Assembly: GCA_963760215.1 (NCBI GenBank)
Contig: CAVXCJ010000002.1
Span: 3,665,920-3,729,919, forward strand
Source: Terriglobia bacterium
Lineage (GTDB): Bacteria; Acidobacteriota; Terriglobia; Terriglobales; Acidobacteriaceae
Reading direction: 5' to 3'
Length of the DNA: 64,000 nt
A program made the translations under genes and the position numbers. Under the pieces are notes generated by a model, which was not told the origin of the DNA, did not search any database, and worked only from the letters and a program-made list of their open reading frames with translations. Numbering within the stretch: position 1 is the stretch's first letter; each line of letters starts with the position of its first letter. This document shows, piece by piece, positions 1-8,710 of this stretch.

Positions 1-1
1 A

Positions 2-340
2 ACGCGCTTGCCGGCATTCAACAACCACATCCTGCGCAGCAAGTGGAATTACCAGTTCACGCGCGAGCTGTCGGCGCGCGTCATCCTGCAATACAACTCC
101 ATCATCGGCAATCCGCTGTGGACTTCGCTGGCGCCGGCCAAGAACGTCAATGCCGATTTCCTGATCACCTACCTTGTCCATCCCGGCACGGCCATCTATG
201 TCGGCTACAACAGCAACGCGGAGAATTTCGATCGCCTGCTGGCGCTCGGTCCCGATGGCAGCCTGCTGCGTACCCGGAGCAGCTTCATCAATGACAATCG
301 TGAATTCTTCGTCAAGGTGTCGTACTTGCTGCGGTTCTGA
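2..340 (+). CDS. 3' end of a window-truncated outer-membrane beta-barrel protein (DUF5916-like paralog)
   Basis: Frame is open to the window edge. C-terminus ...AIYVGYNSN...FFVKVSYLLRF* parallels ...ALYVGYNRQ...VFVKLSYLFAF* of the full-length gene at 28660-30888. A terminal Phe is typical of OM barrels. Confidence 0.6.
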   Translation, partial: TRLPAFNNHILRSKWNYQFTRELSARVILQYNSIIGNPLWTSLAPAKNVNADFLITYLVHPGTAIYVGYNSNAENFDRLLALGPDGSLLRTRSSFINDNREFFVKVSYLLRF

Positions 341-367
341 GTGGCTACGCAAATCACCGGATCAGCC

Positions 368-394
368 GTCCCGTAGGTGTCTGTGTCGTAGCTG
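368..394 (+). repeat. IS left terminal inverted repeat
   Basis: GTCCCGTAGGTGTCTGTGTCGTAGCTG is the exact reverse complement of 1709-1735. Confidence 0.9.
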
Positions 395-433
395 GTGCTT
401 GTTTTTCACAGGGGAGATGAGCGACAAAGAGGC

Positions 434-1627
434 ATGTCACGATTCTTTGACTACGATCCGAACCAAGCGTACTTGCTGCCGCCGAACGTGAAGGACGTAC
501 TGGGACAAGAGCATCTCTGTTTTCGCCTGCACGCGATGGTGGAACAGTTCGAGGTGCGGCAGTTTGAGGAGGCGTACGCGGCCGAGGGGCGGCTGGCGTA
601 TCCGCCGCGGATGATGCTGAAGGTATGGCTGTACGCGTTTTGTCTGCGGGTGACCTCGACCCGGCGGCTGGAGCGGAGGATCCAGGAAGACCTGGCCTTC
701 CGCTACCTGGCGGGCGGGTTGGCGCCGGACCACAAGACCCTGAGCGAGTTTCTGCGGCGGCATCGGCGGGCGATCAACGATGTGTTCACGCAGGTGGTGC
801 AGATGGCGCGGCGGGCGGGGATGGCGCGGCTGGGGCATGTGGCGATCGATGCGACGCGGGTGCGGGCCAACGCCTCGCGGCGCAGCGTGGTGGAGTGGGA
901 GCAGGCGCGACGGCAGCAGTGGGCCCGCGACCGGCGGTTGGTACGCGGCTTTCAGCAGAAGGCGAGCGCGCAGGACCCGGAGGAGGACGGCGGAGTTCGG
1001 CTGAGCGCGGCCGAACAGCAATCGCTGCAGACGGTCAGGCTCCCGGCGCTGCCCAAGAAAGGGCGACAGCAGGTCTCGTTGACCGATCCCGACAGCCGGT
1101 TTTTGCGGACGGCGCAAGGCTGGGAGTTGGGCTACACGCCGGAGATGGCGGTCAGCGACGACCACATCATCGTGGCCACGCGGGTGACGCAGCATGCCCC
1201 CGACAACGGGTCGCTGGTGCCGATGGTGGAGGAGGTGGAACGACAGTGCGGCGCGCGTCCGGAGAAGGTGACGGCGGATTCCGGTTTTTTCAGCGGGCGG
1301 GCGCTGTACGAGATGAAGGAGCGCGGCATCGATCTGTACGTCCCCGACAACAACCTGCGACACGAGATGTGCACGGGGCAGCGGGCGGCGGGGATCGGGA
1401 AGAACCCGATTCGGGACCCGGAACATTTACGCATGCGGGAGAAGCTGCGCAGCCCGGAGGGACGGAGAATCTATCGGCGGCGGCAAGCGGTGGTGGAACC
1501 GGTGTTTGGCATTCTGAAGGAACAGCGCGGGATGCGGAAGTTCCAACGGCGCGGATTGCCGGCCGTCACCACGGAGTGGATGCTGGCTGCCATTGCCTAC
1601 AACCTGACCCGCCTGGCGCGCGGGTGA
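434..1627 (+). CDS. DDE transposase (IS1182/IS5-like)
   Basis: 397 aa from the internal ATG (MSRFFDYDPNQAYLLPP...). C-terminal ...EPVFGILKEQRGMRKFQRRGL...AYNLTRL is typical of this transposase family. The upstream 13 codons of the ORF lie inside the IR. Confidence 0.85.
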   Translation: MSRFFDYDPNQAYLLPPNVKDVLGQEHLCFRLHAMVEQFEVRQFEEAYAAEGRLAYPPRMMLKVWLYAFCLRVTSTRRLERRIQEDLAFRYLAGGLAPDHKTLSEFLRRHRRAINDVFTQVVQMARRAGMARLGHVAIDATRVRANASRRSVVEWEQARRQQWARDRRLVRGFQQKASAQDPEEDGGVRLSAAEQQSLQTVRLPALPKKGRQQVSLTDPDSRFLRTAQGWELGYTPEMAVSDDHIIVATRVTQHAPDNGSLVPMVEEVERQCGARPEKVTADSGFFSGRALYEMKERGIDLYVPDNNLRHEMCTGQRAAGIGKNPIRDPEHLRMREKLRSPEGRRIYRRRQAVVEPVFGILKEQRGMRKFQRRGLPAVTTEWMLAAIAYNLTRLARG

Positions 1628-1708
1628 GCGACTGGGGAACCCAACTGCCGAGCCGAATCCTCGGCATCGACTGAAACTGTTTTCTTAACCCGCCGCTGAG
1701 GCGTAAGA

Positions 1709-1735
1709 CAGCTACGACACAGACACCTACGGGAC
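1709..1735 (+). repeat. IS right terminal inverted repeat
   Basis: CAGCTACGACACAGACACCTACGGGAC is the exact reverse complement of 368-394. Confidence 0.9.
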
Positions 1736-1773
1736 TCGGAAGAGTTTTTGGGGCGGGCTTCCCCAGGACTGAA

Positions 1774-1806
1774 GTCCCTTCGACTTCGCTCAGGGCAGGC
1801 TCTGGG
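1774..1806 (+). repeat. GC-rich repeat core (family CCYTTCGRCTNCGYTCAGGGCAGGCTC)
   Basis: GTCCCTTCGACTTCGCTCAGGGCAGGCTCTGGG. Near-identical cores occur at 15743, 20166, 24808, 44567 and 58136, all in + orientation. Confidence 0.85.
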
Positions 1807-1865
1807 CTACTTTCGGCCGTCGCTACGCGACTACGCACAGCCGGGGCGGCCCGTGTGCCTCACGC

Positions 1866-3980
1866 TTATTCCTGCACGCTCACCACCTGCAACACTTCTT
1901 CCACCGAAGTATCGCCATTCAGCAGCAGTAAGCCCGCGTATTTCTTCAGGTCGAGCATGCCGTGGCGCAGCGCGGCGTTGTGGATTTCTTCCGTCAGCGC
2001 GCCTTTGGCGACCATGGTGCGCAACTCGGCGTTCATCTTCATCACTTCGTAGATTCCGATGCGGCCCTTCACGCCTTTGCCGGCGCAGGCGTCGCAGCCG
2101 CGGCCTTTCCAGAACTTGGAGCCGCGCGGCAGGCCCATGTAATCGCAGGTCGCGTCTTCGGCGACGTACTCTTCCTTGCAGTGCTTGCACAGGCGCCGCG
2201 CCAGGCGCTGCGCCATCACGCCGATGGTGGAAGACGAGATCAGGAAGGGCTCGATGCCCATTTCGTTCAGGCGGGTGAAGGCGCCGGCGGCGGAATTGGT
2301 GTGCAGCGTGGTGAAGACCAGGTGCCCGGTGAGCGCGGCTTCCACCGCGATGTGCGCGGTCTCTTTATCGCGGGTTTCGCCGACCAGGATGATGTCGGGA
2401 TCCTGCCGGAGGAAGGCGCGCAGAATGCGCGCGAAGTCGAGGCCGATATCGCTGTTGGCCTGGATCTGGTTGACGCCCGCGAGGTCGTACTCGATGGGGT
2501 CTTCGGCGGTGGAGATGTTGAAGCCCGGGTCGTTGATCTCGGTCAGCGCGGAGTAGAGCGTGGTGGTTTTGCCCGATCCCGTCGGACCGGTCACGTACAG
2601 GATTCCGTAGGGCTGGCTGATCAGTTCGCGGACGAGCTTGAGGGTGGGCTCGTGCGAGATGACCTTGTCGAGCCCCAGCATGGTGTTGGACTTGTCGAGG
2701 ATGCGCAGGCAGACCTTTTCTCCCCACTTGCCGGGAATGGTGGAGACGCGGAAGTCAATCGGCCTGGATTCCATGTTGACGGAGATGCGGCCGTCCTGCG
2801 GCAGGCGCTTCTCGCTGATGTCGAGCTTGGAGATGATCTTGAGGCGCGAAATAAGCCCGAGCTGCACTTTTTTGGGCAGGTTCTGGATGGTCTGCAGCAC
2901 GCCGTCAATGCGGTAGCGGACGATGACGTTTTTCTCCATGGGCTCGACATGAATGTCGCTGGCGCCCTTCTTGATGGCCAGTCCGAGCACGGAATTGGCG
3001 AGGCGGATGATGGGCGCGTCCTCGCTGGCGGACATCAGGTCCTGCTTGCTTTCGGCGATTCTGTCCTCGGAGACCTGGATGTCGCGGATGAGGTCGGACT
3101 GCATCATGTCGATCATGGCCTCGGACGAGGCCGGCGGCGCAGCCAGGGTGGTGGTGGGGGTGACGCCGGTGGCGGACTTGTCCTCTTCCTTTTTCATGAG
3201 CTGGTTGTAGGTGGTGCTCATGAACTTTTTGAAATCTTCCTCGGTGGTGACGACCGGCTCGATCATGACGCCCTTGATGATGCGGCGGATGTCGTCCACG
3301 GCGATGATGTTGTTGGGATTGACCATCGCGAGGGAGAGACGGTTATTGATGAAGGCGATGGGAATCACCTTGTGCTGCAGCACCATGGGCAGGGGAAGCA
3401 ACCCGAGCACGCGGGGATCGAAGTGCATCTTGGCGAGGTTGATGAATTCGATGCCGACATGCTGGCTGGCGTTCTCGACGCGCTCGGCGAGCACGGTGGT
3501 CAGGGCGAGGCCGATTTTCGGGTACTGCATCAGCAGGTCGTGGAAGTCGGCCTGTTCCAGCACGGCGCAGGTGGTGGGCTGAAGAGAGGTGACGGAGGCG
3601 GTGCGCGGCTTGCCGGTGAGCAGCGCCATTTCGCCGAAGTTCTGTCCCGGACCCATTTCGCTGAGGAGGAAGTCAATGCCGGTGTGCGGGTCCTTTTTGC
3701 GGATCTCCACCAGGCCGGCGGTGATGAAGAACATGGAACTGCCCGGCGCGCCTTCACGGACGATGATCTGGTTGGGCAGGAAGTCGCGGCGCTTCATGCG
3801 CTTGACCACCTGCTGGCAGTCGTCAACGGAGAGGGCGCTGAACAGTTTGATGCGCTGCAGGAAATGCTGCGGCTCGGCCGCGGGCTTGGACTCGTCGACG
3901 GCTTCGCGCGGGAAAGCGTCAGCAGCAGCGGCGGCGCCGCCATTCGGCGGGACAACCCCTTTCACCGGGTCAGACGACAT
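1866..3980 (-). CDS. GspE/PilB-family secretion ATPase with N-terminal cyclic-nucleotide-binding domain
   Basis: 704 aa. cNMP phosphate-binding cassette 'FGEMALLTGKPRTASV', T2SSE_N-like middle domain, Walker A 'GPTGSGKTTT', C-terminal Cys cluster 'CKHCKEEY...CDACAGKG'. GGAGG lies 7 nt before the ATG at 3980. The 12 upstream codons (MKLKLKL...) are read from a hexamer repeat. Confidence 0.85.
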   Translation of the reverse strand: MSSDPVKGVVPPNGGAAAAADAFPREAVDESKPAAEPQHFLQRIKLFSALSVDDCQQVVKRMKRRDFLPNQIIVREGAPGSSMFFITAGLVEIRKKDPHTGIDFLLSEMGPGQNFGEMALLTGKPRTASVTSLQPTTCAVLEQADFHDLLMQYPKIGLALTTVLAERVENASQHVGIEFINLAKMHFDPRVLGLLPLPMVLQHKVIPIAFINNRLSLAMVNPNNIIAVDDIRRIIKGVMIEPVVTTEEDFKKFMSTTYNQLMKKEEDKSATGVTPTTTLAAPPASSEAMIDMMQSDLIRDIQVSEDRIAESKQDLMSASEDAPIIRLANSVLGLAIKKGASDIHVEPMEKNVIVRYRIDGVLQTIQNLPKKVQLGLISRLKIISKLDISEKRLPQDGRISVNMESRPIDFRVSTIPGKWGEKVCLRILDKSNTMLGLDKVISHEPTLKLVRELISQPYGILYVTGPTGSGKTTTLYSALTEINDPGFNISTAEDPIEYDLAGVNQIQANSDIGLDFARILRAFLRQDPDIILVGETRDKETAHIAVEAALTGHLVFTTLHTNSAAGAFTRLNEMGIEPFLISSSTIGVMAQRLARRLCKHCKEEYVAEDATCDYMGLPRGSKFWKGRGCDACAGKGVKGRIGIYEVMKMNAELRTMVAKGALTEEIHNAALRHGMLDLKKYAGLLLLNGDTSVEEVLQVVSVQE

Positions 3981-3996
3981 GATGGGCCTCCAAACG

Positions 3997-4076
3997 AGTT
4001 TCAGTTTCAGTTTCAAGTTTCAGACGGTCGGAGCTGAACCCGAAACTGCGGACTCAAAACCCGAAACTGAAACTTC
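3997..4076 (+). repeat. Hexamer (AGTTTC) tandem array plus inverted partner: periodic-arm hairpin
   Basis: Left arm GAGTTTCAGTTTCAGTTTCAAGTTTCAG (3997-4023). Right arm contains CCCGAAACTGCGG and CCCGAAACTGAAACTTC (4034-4076). It lies directly upstream of the SD of the GspE-like gene. Confidence 0.85.
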
Positions 4077-4090
4077 TTCGTCGGGTTGCG

Positions 4091-4175
4091 GCTGACTTCC
4101 GCAAGTAACGCCGAGGGGAGAGGCGAGGGATTATACATCAGGCACCGGAAAGGCCGGATGGATTGCGAAGTCAGC
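4091..4175. repeat. 13-bp inverted repeat pair in divergent intergenic region
   Basis: GCTGACTTCCGCAA (4091-4104) versus TTGCGAAGTCAGC (4163-4175), with one bulge. They enclose a CCGGAAAGGCCGG mini-hairpin. Function unknown. Confidence 0.6.
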
Positions 4176-4300
4176 GCCCGGGACGGAGGGTACCTCCCTT
4201 GCAAGCGGGGGCAACGGTTTTTTTTCCCCGGCTCTTGAGCTATAGTGACGGCTCTGTCAGCAAGCACCAGTGTGCGCGCGCGCGCTGGTCAGGCCGGCCT

Positions 4301-6364
4301 ATGAGTACCACCAAAGCAACGCCGGACAAGGCGAGCGTGTCCAGCGCCTTGCGCACCATGCCTGCCGTCATCTGCTTCGATGGCGACACGCTGGCGCACA
4401 AGGCGATTGCCGCCTGCCAGCGCTACGCGCGGTTGAAGTACGCCGACCTGGCGTCGCGCGAGGCGGAGACCATCGTGGTGGTCTCCTCGGAACGGCTGCT
4501 GGCGCAATACCAGCCGCTGCTGCGCGCGCCCAACATCCGCATCATCGCCCTTTCCGACACCCGCTACCGCGACGCGCGGCTGGACGGCGCCGTGTACGGG
4601 TACCTGCCGGCCAATACCCAGCCGTTGCTGGTGGAACGCATGATGGACCAGGCGCTGGACCACATCCATCTGTCGGCGACGCGGCGGGAGGCGAACGAGC
4701 GGCTGGATCGCGCCACCAACGAGATCAAGGAGCTGAACGCGATCGGGGCGGCGCTGTCGGGCGAGCACGACACGGACAAGCTGCTGGAGATGATCCTGAA
4801 AAAGTCGCGGGAGATCACCAAGAGCGACGCGGGGTCGTTGTACCTGGTGAAAGAAGTGCCGCTGGAGGGCGAGGCGCTGCCGCCCGTACCCGAGGAACTG
4901 AAGGAGTACGGCGGCGCCAAGCTGGTGGTCAGCCGCAAGGAAAATACCAAGAAGGTACTGCTTTTCAAGCTGCCGCAGAATGACACCGTGGGTAACGTCG
5001 CGTTCCGCGAAGCGGTGATGGAGATCAGCGACAAGTCCATCGCCGGTTACGTGGTGCAGACGGGCGAGATCGTGAACCTGGAAGACGCGTATCACCTGCC
5101 GGAGCTGGTGCCGTACTCGTTCAACCGCAAGTTCGACGAGGATTCGGGATACCGCACCAAGTCCATGATCGCGGTGCCGATGCGCAACCCGAAGACGGGG
5201 GAGATCGTGGGCGTGGTGCAGTTGATCAACGCCAAACGGAACGCCGAGGCGAAGCTGAATTCGCTGTCGGCGGTAGTGACGCAGGTGGTGGCGTACTCGG
5301 TGCGGCAGCAGGAGATGGTGGCGTCGCTGGCCAGCCAGGCGGCGGTGGCGCTGGAGAACAGCCGGCTGTACCAGAAACAGCAGGAGCTGTTCGAGGGATT
5401 CGTGAAGGCGTCGGTGACGGCGATCGAGTCGCGCGATCCGACCACGTCGGGCCATTCGGAACGGGTGATGAACCTGACGGTGGCGCTGGCGGAGACGGTG
5501 GACCGAGCCGGCGACGGGGTGTACAAGGACGTCCAATTCACGCGCGACCAGATGAAGGAGATCCGGTACGCGTCGCTGCTGCACGATTTCGGCAAGGTGG
5601 GCGTGCCGGAGCAAGTGCTGGTGAAGGCGAAGAAGCTGCTTCCAGCGGACTTTAGGGATCTGCAGCGGCGGTTCCGCGACTCCGTGAAGCGCAGCATGCA
5701 GGTGCGGTCGCTGCAGTCGAAGCTCAATTACGTGCTGGAAAAGGGGCGCGACGAATACCTGGCAAAGCAGACGGAGTTCGATGCCTTTGTCGGGCAGCAG
5801 TTGGAGGAAGTGGACGCTCATTTCGCGACGGTGCTGCAGTCGAACGAGCCGACGGTGCTGCCGGAAGGAAGTTTCGAGAAGCTGACGGAGATTGCCGCGC
5901 GGCACTTTTTGGATTTCGATGGCGCGGACCAGCAGTTGCTGACGCCTGACGAGGTGAGGCTGCTTTCGATCCGCAAGGGATCGCTGGATGACAACGAGCG
6001 GGTGCTGATCGAGTCGCACGTGACGCACACCTTCGACTTTCTCAGCAAGATTCCGTGGACCAAGGAGATCCGTAACATTCCGGAAATCGCGCGCGGCCAC
6101 CACGAAAAGCTGACCGGGAAGGGATATCCCAACAGGCTGACGGCGCCGGAGATTCCGCTGCAAACGCGGATGATGACGATCTCCGACATTTTTGACGCGC
6201 TGGGGGCGAGCGACCGTCCTTACAAAAAGGCAGTGACGCTGGAAAGGTCGCTGCAAATCCTGGAGACGGAAGTGAAGGACGGCAACATCGATTCCAACCT
6301 GTTCCGCCTGTTCGTGGAAGCCAAGATTTGGGAGCGCTGGTATCAGGCGCCGTTCCCGTACTAG
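4301..6364 (+). CDS. GAF-domain HD-GYP phosphodiesterase (c-di-GMP hydrolase type)
   Basis: 687 aa. Receiver-like N-terminal region without an obvious phospho-Asp context, GAF-like middle region, then 'LLHDFGKVGVPE' and 'HHEKLTGKGYPNRL' (HD and GYP motifs). Start taken at MSTTKATPDK. Confidence 0.85.
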   Translation: MSTTKATPDKASVSSALRTMPAVICFDGDTLAHKAIAACQRYARLKYADLASREAETIVVVSSERLLAQYQPLLRAPNIRIIALSDTRYRDARLDGAVYGYLPANTQPLLVERMMDQALDHIHLSATRREANERLDRATNEIKELNAIGAALSGEHDTDKLLEMILKKSREITKSDAGSLYLVKEVPLEGEALPPVPEELKEYGGAKLVVSRKENTKKVLLFKLPQNDTVGNVAFREAVMEISDKSIAGYVVQTGEIVNLEDAYHLPELVPYSFNRKFDEDSGYRTKSMIAVPMRNPKTGEIVGVVQLINAKRNAEAKLNSLSAVVTQVVAYSVRQQEMVASLASQAAVALENSRLYQKQQELFEGFVKASVTAIESRDPTTSGHSERVMNLTVALAETVDRAGDGVYKDVQFTRDQMKEIRYASLLHDFGKVGVPEQVLVKAKKLLPADFRDLQRRFRDSVKRSMQVRSLQSKLNYVLEKGRDEYLAKQTEFDAFVGQQLEEVDAHFATVLQSNEPTVLPEGSFEKLTEIAARHFLDFDGADQQLLTPDEVRLLSIRKGSLDDNERVLIESHVTHTFDFLSKIPWTKEIRNIPEIARGHHEKLTGKGYPNRLTAPEIPLQTRMMTISDIFDALGASDRPYKKAVTLERSLQILETEVKDGNIDSNLFRLFVEAKIWERWYQAPFPY

Positions 6365-6394
6365 CAATTAGCGAATTAGCAATTAGCGATTAGC
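6365..6394 (+). repeat. Tandem 7/8-mer array (ATTAGCG units)
   Basis: CAATTAGCGAATTAGCAATTAGCGATTAGC begins at the HD-GYP stop codon. No inverted partner nearby. Confidence 0.85.
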
Positions 6395-6615
6395 TTGTGC
6401 AGTGTGAGGGATGGAGTGTCGTTGCACGACAGATCTAGTCTGCGCGCGCGCATCGCCTGGCGCGCTGCGTTGTCACATGGCAATGTGAGGTGACTCACTG
6501 AAACGGCCGCCCCAATTGAACCCGTATCGAGAGCGGCGGGGCCACGATTTGCTGGCGTTTTCGCGGCAAAGTACTAGACTTGCCTGTTTTCCATAGTTCA
6601 TACAGGGAGTCGGAC

Positions 6616-8274
6616 ATGCGTCGTCTGCTTGGGCCGCTCATCGCCATTCTCCTGGTCGTTCCCTGTCTTGCCACCGCCCAAACCACAGCAGCACCCGCTG
6701 CCGCCAGCGCTCCGGCGGCTGCGCCGCCCACGCCGGCGGTCGCGCTGGCGCAAGCCGAAGGCTTGTATCGCGCCGGGAAGTTCACGGACGCGATGCGCGG
6801 CTTCGAGCAGGCGCTGAAACTGGACGCAAAATCGGGCGGGGCGTGCGAAGGGGTGGTGCGCTCCTACCTGAAGTTGGACAAGGTGCAGCAGGCGTGGGAG
6901 ACGGCGCAGCAAGGGATAAAGACGGCGCCGGAGCAGTCGTTGACGCACAGCGCCATGGGCGAAGTGCTGTTTCGGAAGGGAAAGATCGAGGAGGCGCAGC
7001 GCGAGTTCATCACCGCCTACAACATGAGCGAACGGGATGCGCGCGCGCCCTATGGTCTGTACCGGGTGTATCGCAGCGCGTCGTATCACGCGCAGGCCAG
7101 GAAGATGCTGGACACGGCGTACGCGATTGAACCGCAGGACCGTGACATTCAACGCTCCTGGATGGTGTACCGGCCGCGCAAAGAAAAAATTCCGGCGCTG
7201 GAGCAAGAGCTGGCAAAGGAGACCGACAAGAAAGAGCGCGCGGGAACGCAGAAGTACCTGGAATTTCTGAAGGCGGCAGATAAACAGCCGCACACGTGCC
7301 AGTTGGCTACCAAGGTGACCGAGACCCAGGTCCCGCTCAAGGTACTGATGCCGGACCCGCAGACGATGGAGGGGGTCGAGCTCAAAGCAACCATTAACGG
7401 CAAGGCGATGAATCTGCTGCTCGACACCGGCGCCAGCGGCATTCTGATCAAGCGGGGAGCGGCGAATGGGGCAGGGTTGGTTCCGGCCATTGAGTCGAAG
7501 ATCAGCGGGGTCGGCGATGAAGGCGCCATCAAGGGTTACATCGCTTACGCCGATTCCATCCGGGTTGGCGCCTTGGAATTCCAGAACTGCATGGTCGGCG
7601 TTGCGGACACGAGAGAGCGAGAGATACTAAGCGGCATGGACGGGTTGATTGGCGCTGACGTATTTTCCAGTTACCTGGTGTCCATTGATTTTCCCGGCGA
7701 GCGGTTGACGCTCAAGCCGCTGCCGATAGCTCCCGGCAAGGATGCACCGGACGCAGCGACGTTGCTGACGGCGACTGGGCTAAGCGAGGATGACGACGCG
7801 TCGTCCCACGACCGTTACATCGCACCGGAGATGCGGAACTACACGCCGTTCTTCCGCTTCGGACACTACATGCTGATTCCGACCAAGATCGGCGACACGG
7901 ATCCGAAATTGTTCATGATTGACAGCGGAGCGTTTTGGTCCAGCATTACTCCCGAGGCGGCGCGTGAGGTTACGTCATTGGGTTATGACCTGGATCTTCA
8001 GGTGAGCGGGTTGAGCGGTGAGGTGAAGAGCATGGCGAAGGCGCGACGGGCAGTGCTGCAATTCGGCCACATTAAGCAGGAAAATTTGAACATGTGGTCC
8101 ATGGACCTATCGGGGATTAGCCGCAGCGCGGGGGTAGAGGTTTCGGGTTTCCTGGGCTACACGGCGCTGGCGTTCATGCAGATGGACATTGACTATCGCG
8201 ACGGACTGGTCAACTTCAGCTACGACCCGAAAAAATACCGGCCGCTCATGAGGTGGAAGCAACAGGGAAAGTGA
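6616..8274 (+). CDS. Secreted TPR protein with two retropepsin-like aspartic protease domains
   Basis: Signal peptide MRRLLGPLIAILLVVPCLATAQ, TPR-like helical repeats, then 'LLLDTGASGILIK' and 'FMIDSGAFWSSIT' (two D-T/S-G-A catalytic motifs). AGGGAG lies 7 nt upstream of the ATG. Confidence 0.75.
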   Translation: MRRLLGPLIAILLVVPCLATAQTTAAPAAASAPAAAPPTPAVALAQAEGLYRAGKFTDAMRGFEQALKLDAKSGGACEGVVRSYLKLDKVQQAWETAQQGIKTAPEQSLTHSAMGEVLFRKGKIEEAQREFITAYNMSERDARAPYGLYRVYRSASYHAQARKMLDTAYAIEPQDRDIQRSWMVYRPRKEKIPALEQELAKETDKKERAGTQKYLEFLKAADKQPHTCQLATKVTETQVPLKVLMPDPQTMEGVELKATINGKAMNLLLDTGASGILIKRGAANGAGLVPAIESKISGVGDEGAIKGYIAYADSIRVGALEFQNCMVGVADTREREILSGMDGLIGADVFSSYLVSIDFPGERLTLKPLPIAPGKDAPDAATLLTATGLSEDDDASSHDRYIAPEMRNYTPFFRFGHYMLIPTKIGDTDPKLFMIDSGAFWSSITPEAAREVTSLGYDLDLQVSGLSGEVKSMAKARRAVLQFGHIKQENLNMWSMDLSGISRSAGVEVSGFLGYTALAFMQMDIDYRDGLVNFSYDPKKYRPLMRWKQQGK

Positions 8275-8308
8275 TCTCGAGTCGCGAGCGCCCAGACTGG
8301 TCTGCGAT

Positions 8309-8707
8309 TCAAGAATAGAGTTCGGTCAGCAATGCGTACGCCCGTCGCAGGTGCGGGATCACAATCGAGCCGCCGACCATGAGCGCGACGTTGAGCGCTT
8401 CCTCCTGCTCGGGACGCGAAGCGCCGAGGCGGTACGACTGGATGATGTGGTAGTTGATGCAGTCGTCGCAGCGCAGCCCGGCGGAAACCACCAGCCCCAT
8501 CAATTCCTTGTACTTGGCCGGGATGGCGCCTTCCAGGTAGGTATTGTGGTCAAGGTTGTAGAAGCGCTTGACCAGGTAGTTGTCGGCGGCGTCCACGTTC
8601 TCGTTCAGCCGGCGGCGCGTGTCAAGGAACTGGCGCGCGATGGGGCTGCGCGCGGCGGCGTCTTGTTCGCTGTGGAGGTAGGTGGGCTCGCGGCGATCGT
8701 CAGGCAT
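8309..8707 (-). CDS. Carboxymuconolactone decarboxylase / AhpD-like family protein
   Basis: 132 aa with 'GLRCDDCINYHI' (CxxC in the AhpD-like fold context). Confidence 0.7.
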   Translation of the reverse strand: MPDDRREPTYLHSEQDAAARSPIARQFLDTRRRLNENVDAADNYLVKRFYNLDHNTYLEGAIPAKYKELMGLVVSAGLRCDDCINYHIIQSYRLGASRPEQEEALNVALMVGGSIVIPHLRRAYALLTELYS

Positions 8708-8710
8708 GGG

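Larger units (their letters stand above)
368..1735 (+). mobile_element. Intact insertion sequence, IS5/IS1182-superfamily type (1368 bp)
   Basis: One DDE-transposase ORF bounded by perfect 27-bp terminal inverted repeats. No flanking direct repeat is visible. Confidence 0.85.

Noticed and set aside
3981-4016. N-terminal extension MKLKLKLVWRPI of the GspE-like ATPase
   Set aside because: It is encoded by the AGTTTC hexamer array. A GGAGG SD sits correctly before the downstream ATG at 3980.
1962-4037. 691-aa ORF on + strand, antisense to the GspE-like ATPase
   Set aside because: Gly/Asp/Val/Ala/Arg-rich translation with no motifs. This is the usual long antisense ORF of a high-GC gene, and the opposite strand has unambiguous ATPase homology.
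4289-6367. 692-aa ORF on - strand, antisense to the HD-GYP gene
   Set aside because: Low-complexity Arg/Leu/Gln-rich translation. The + strand carries clear GAF and HD-GYP motifs.
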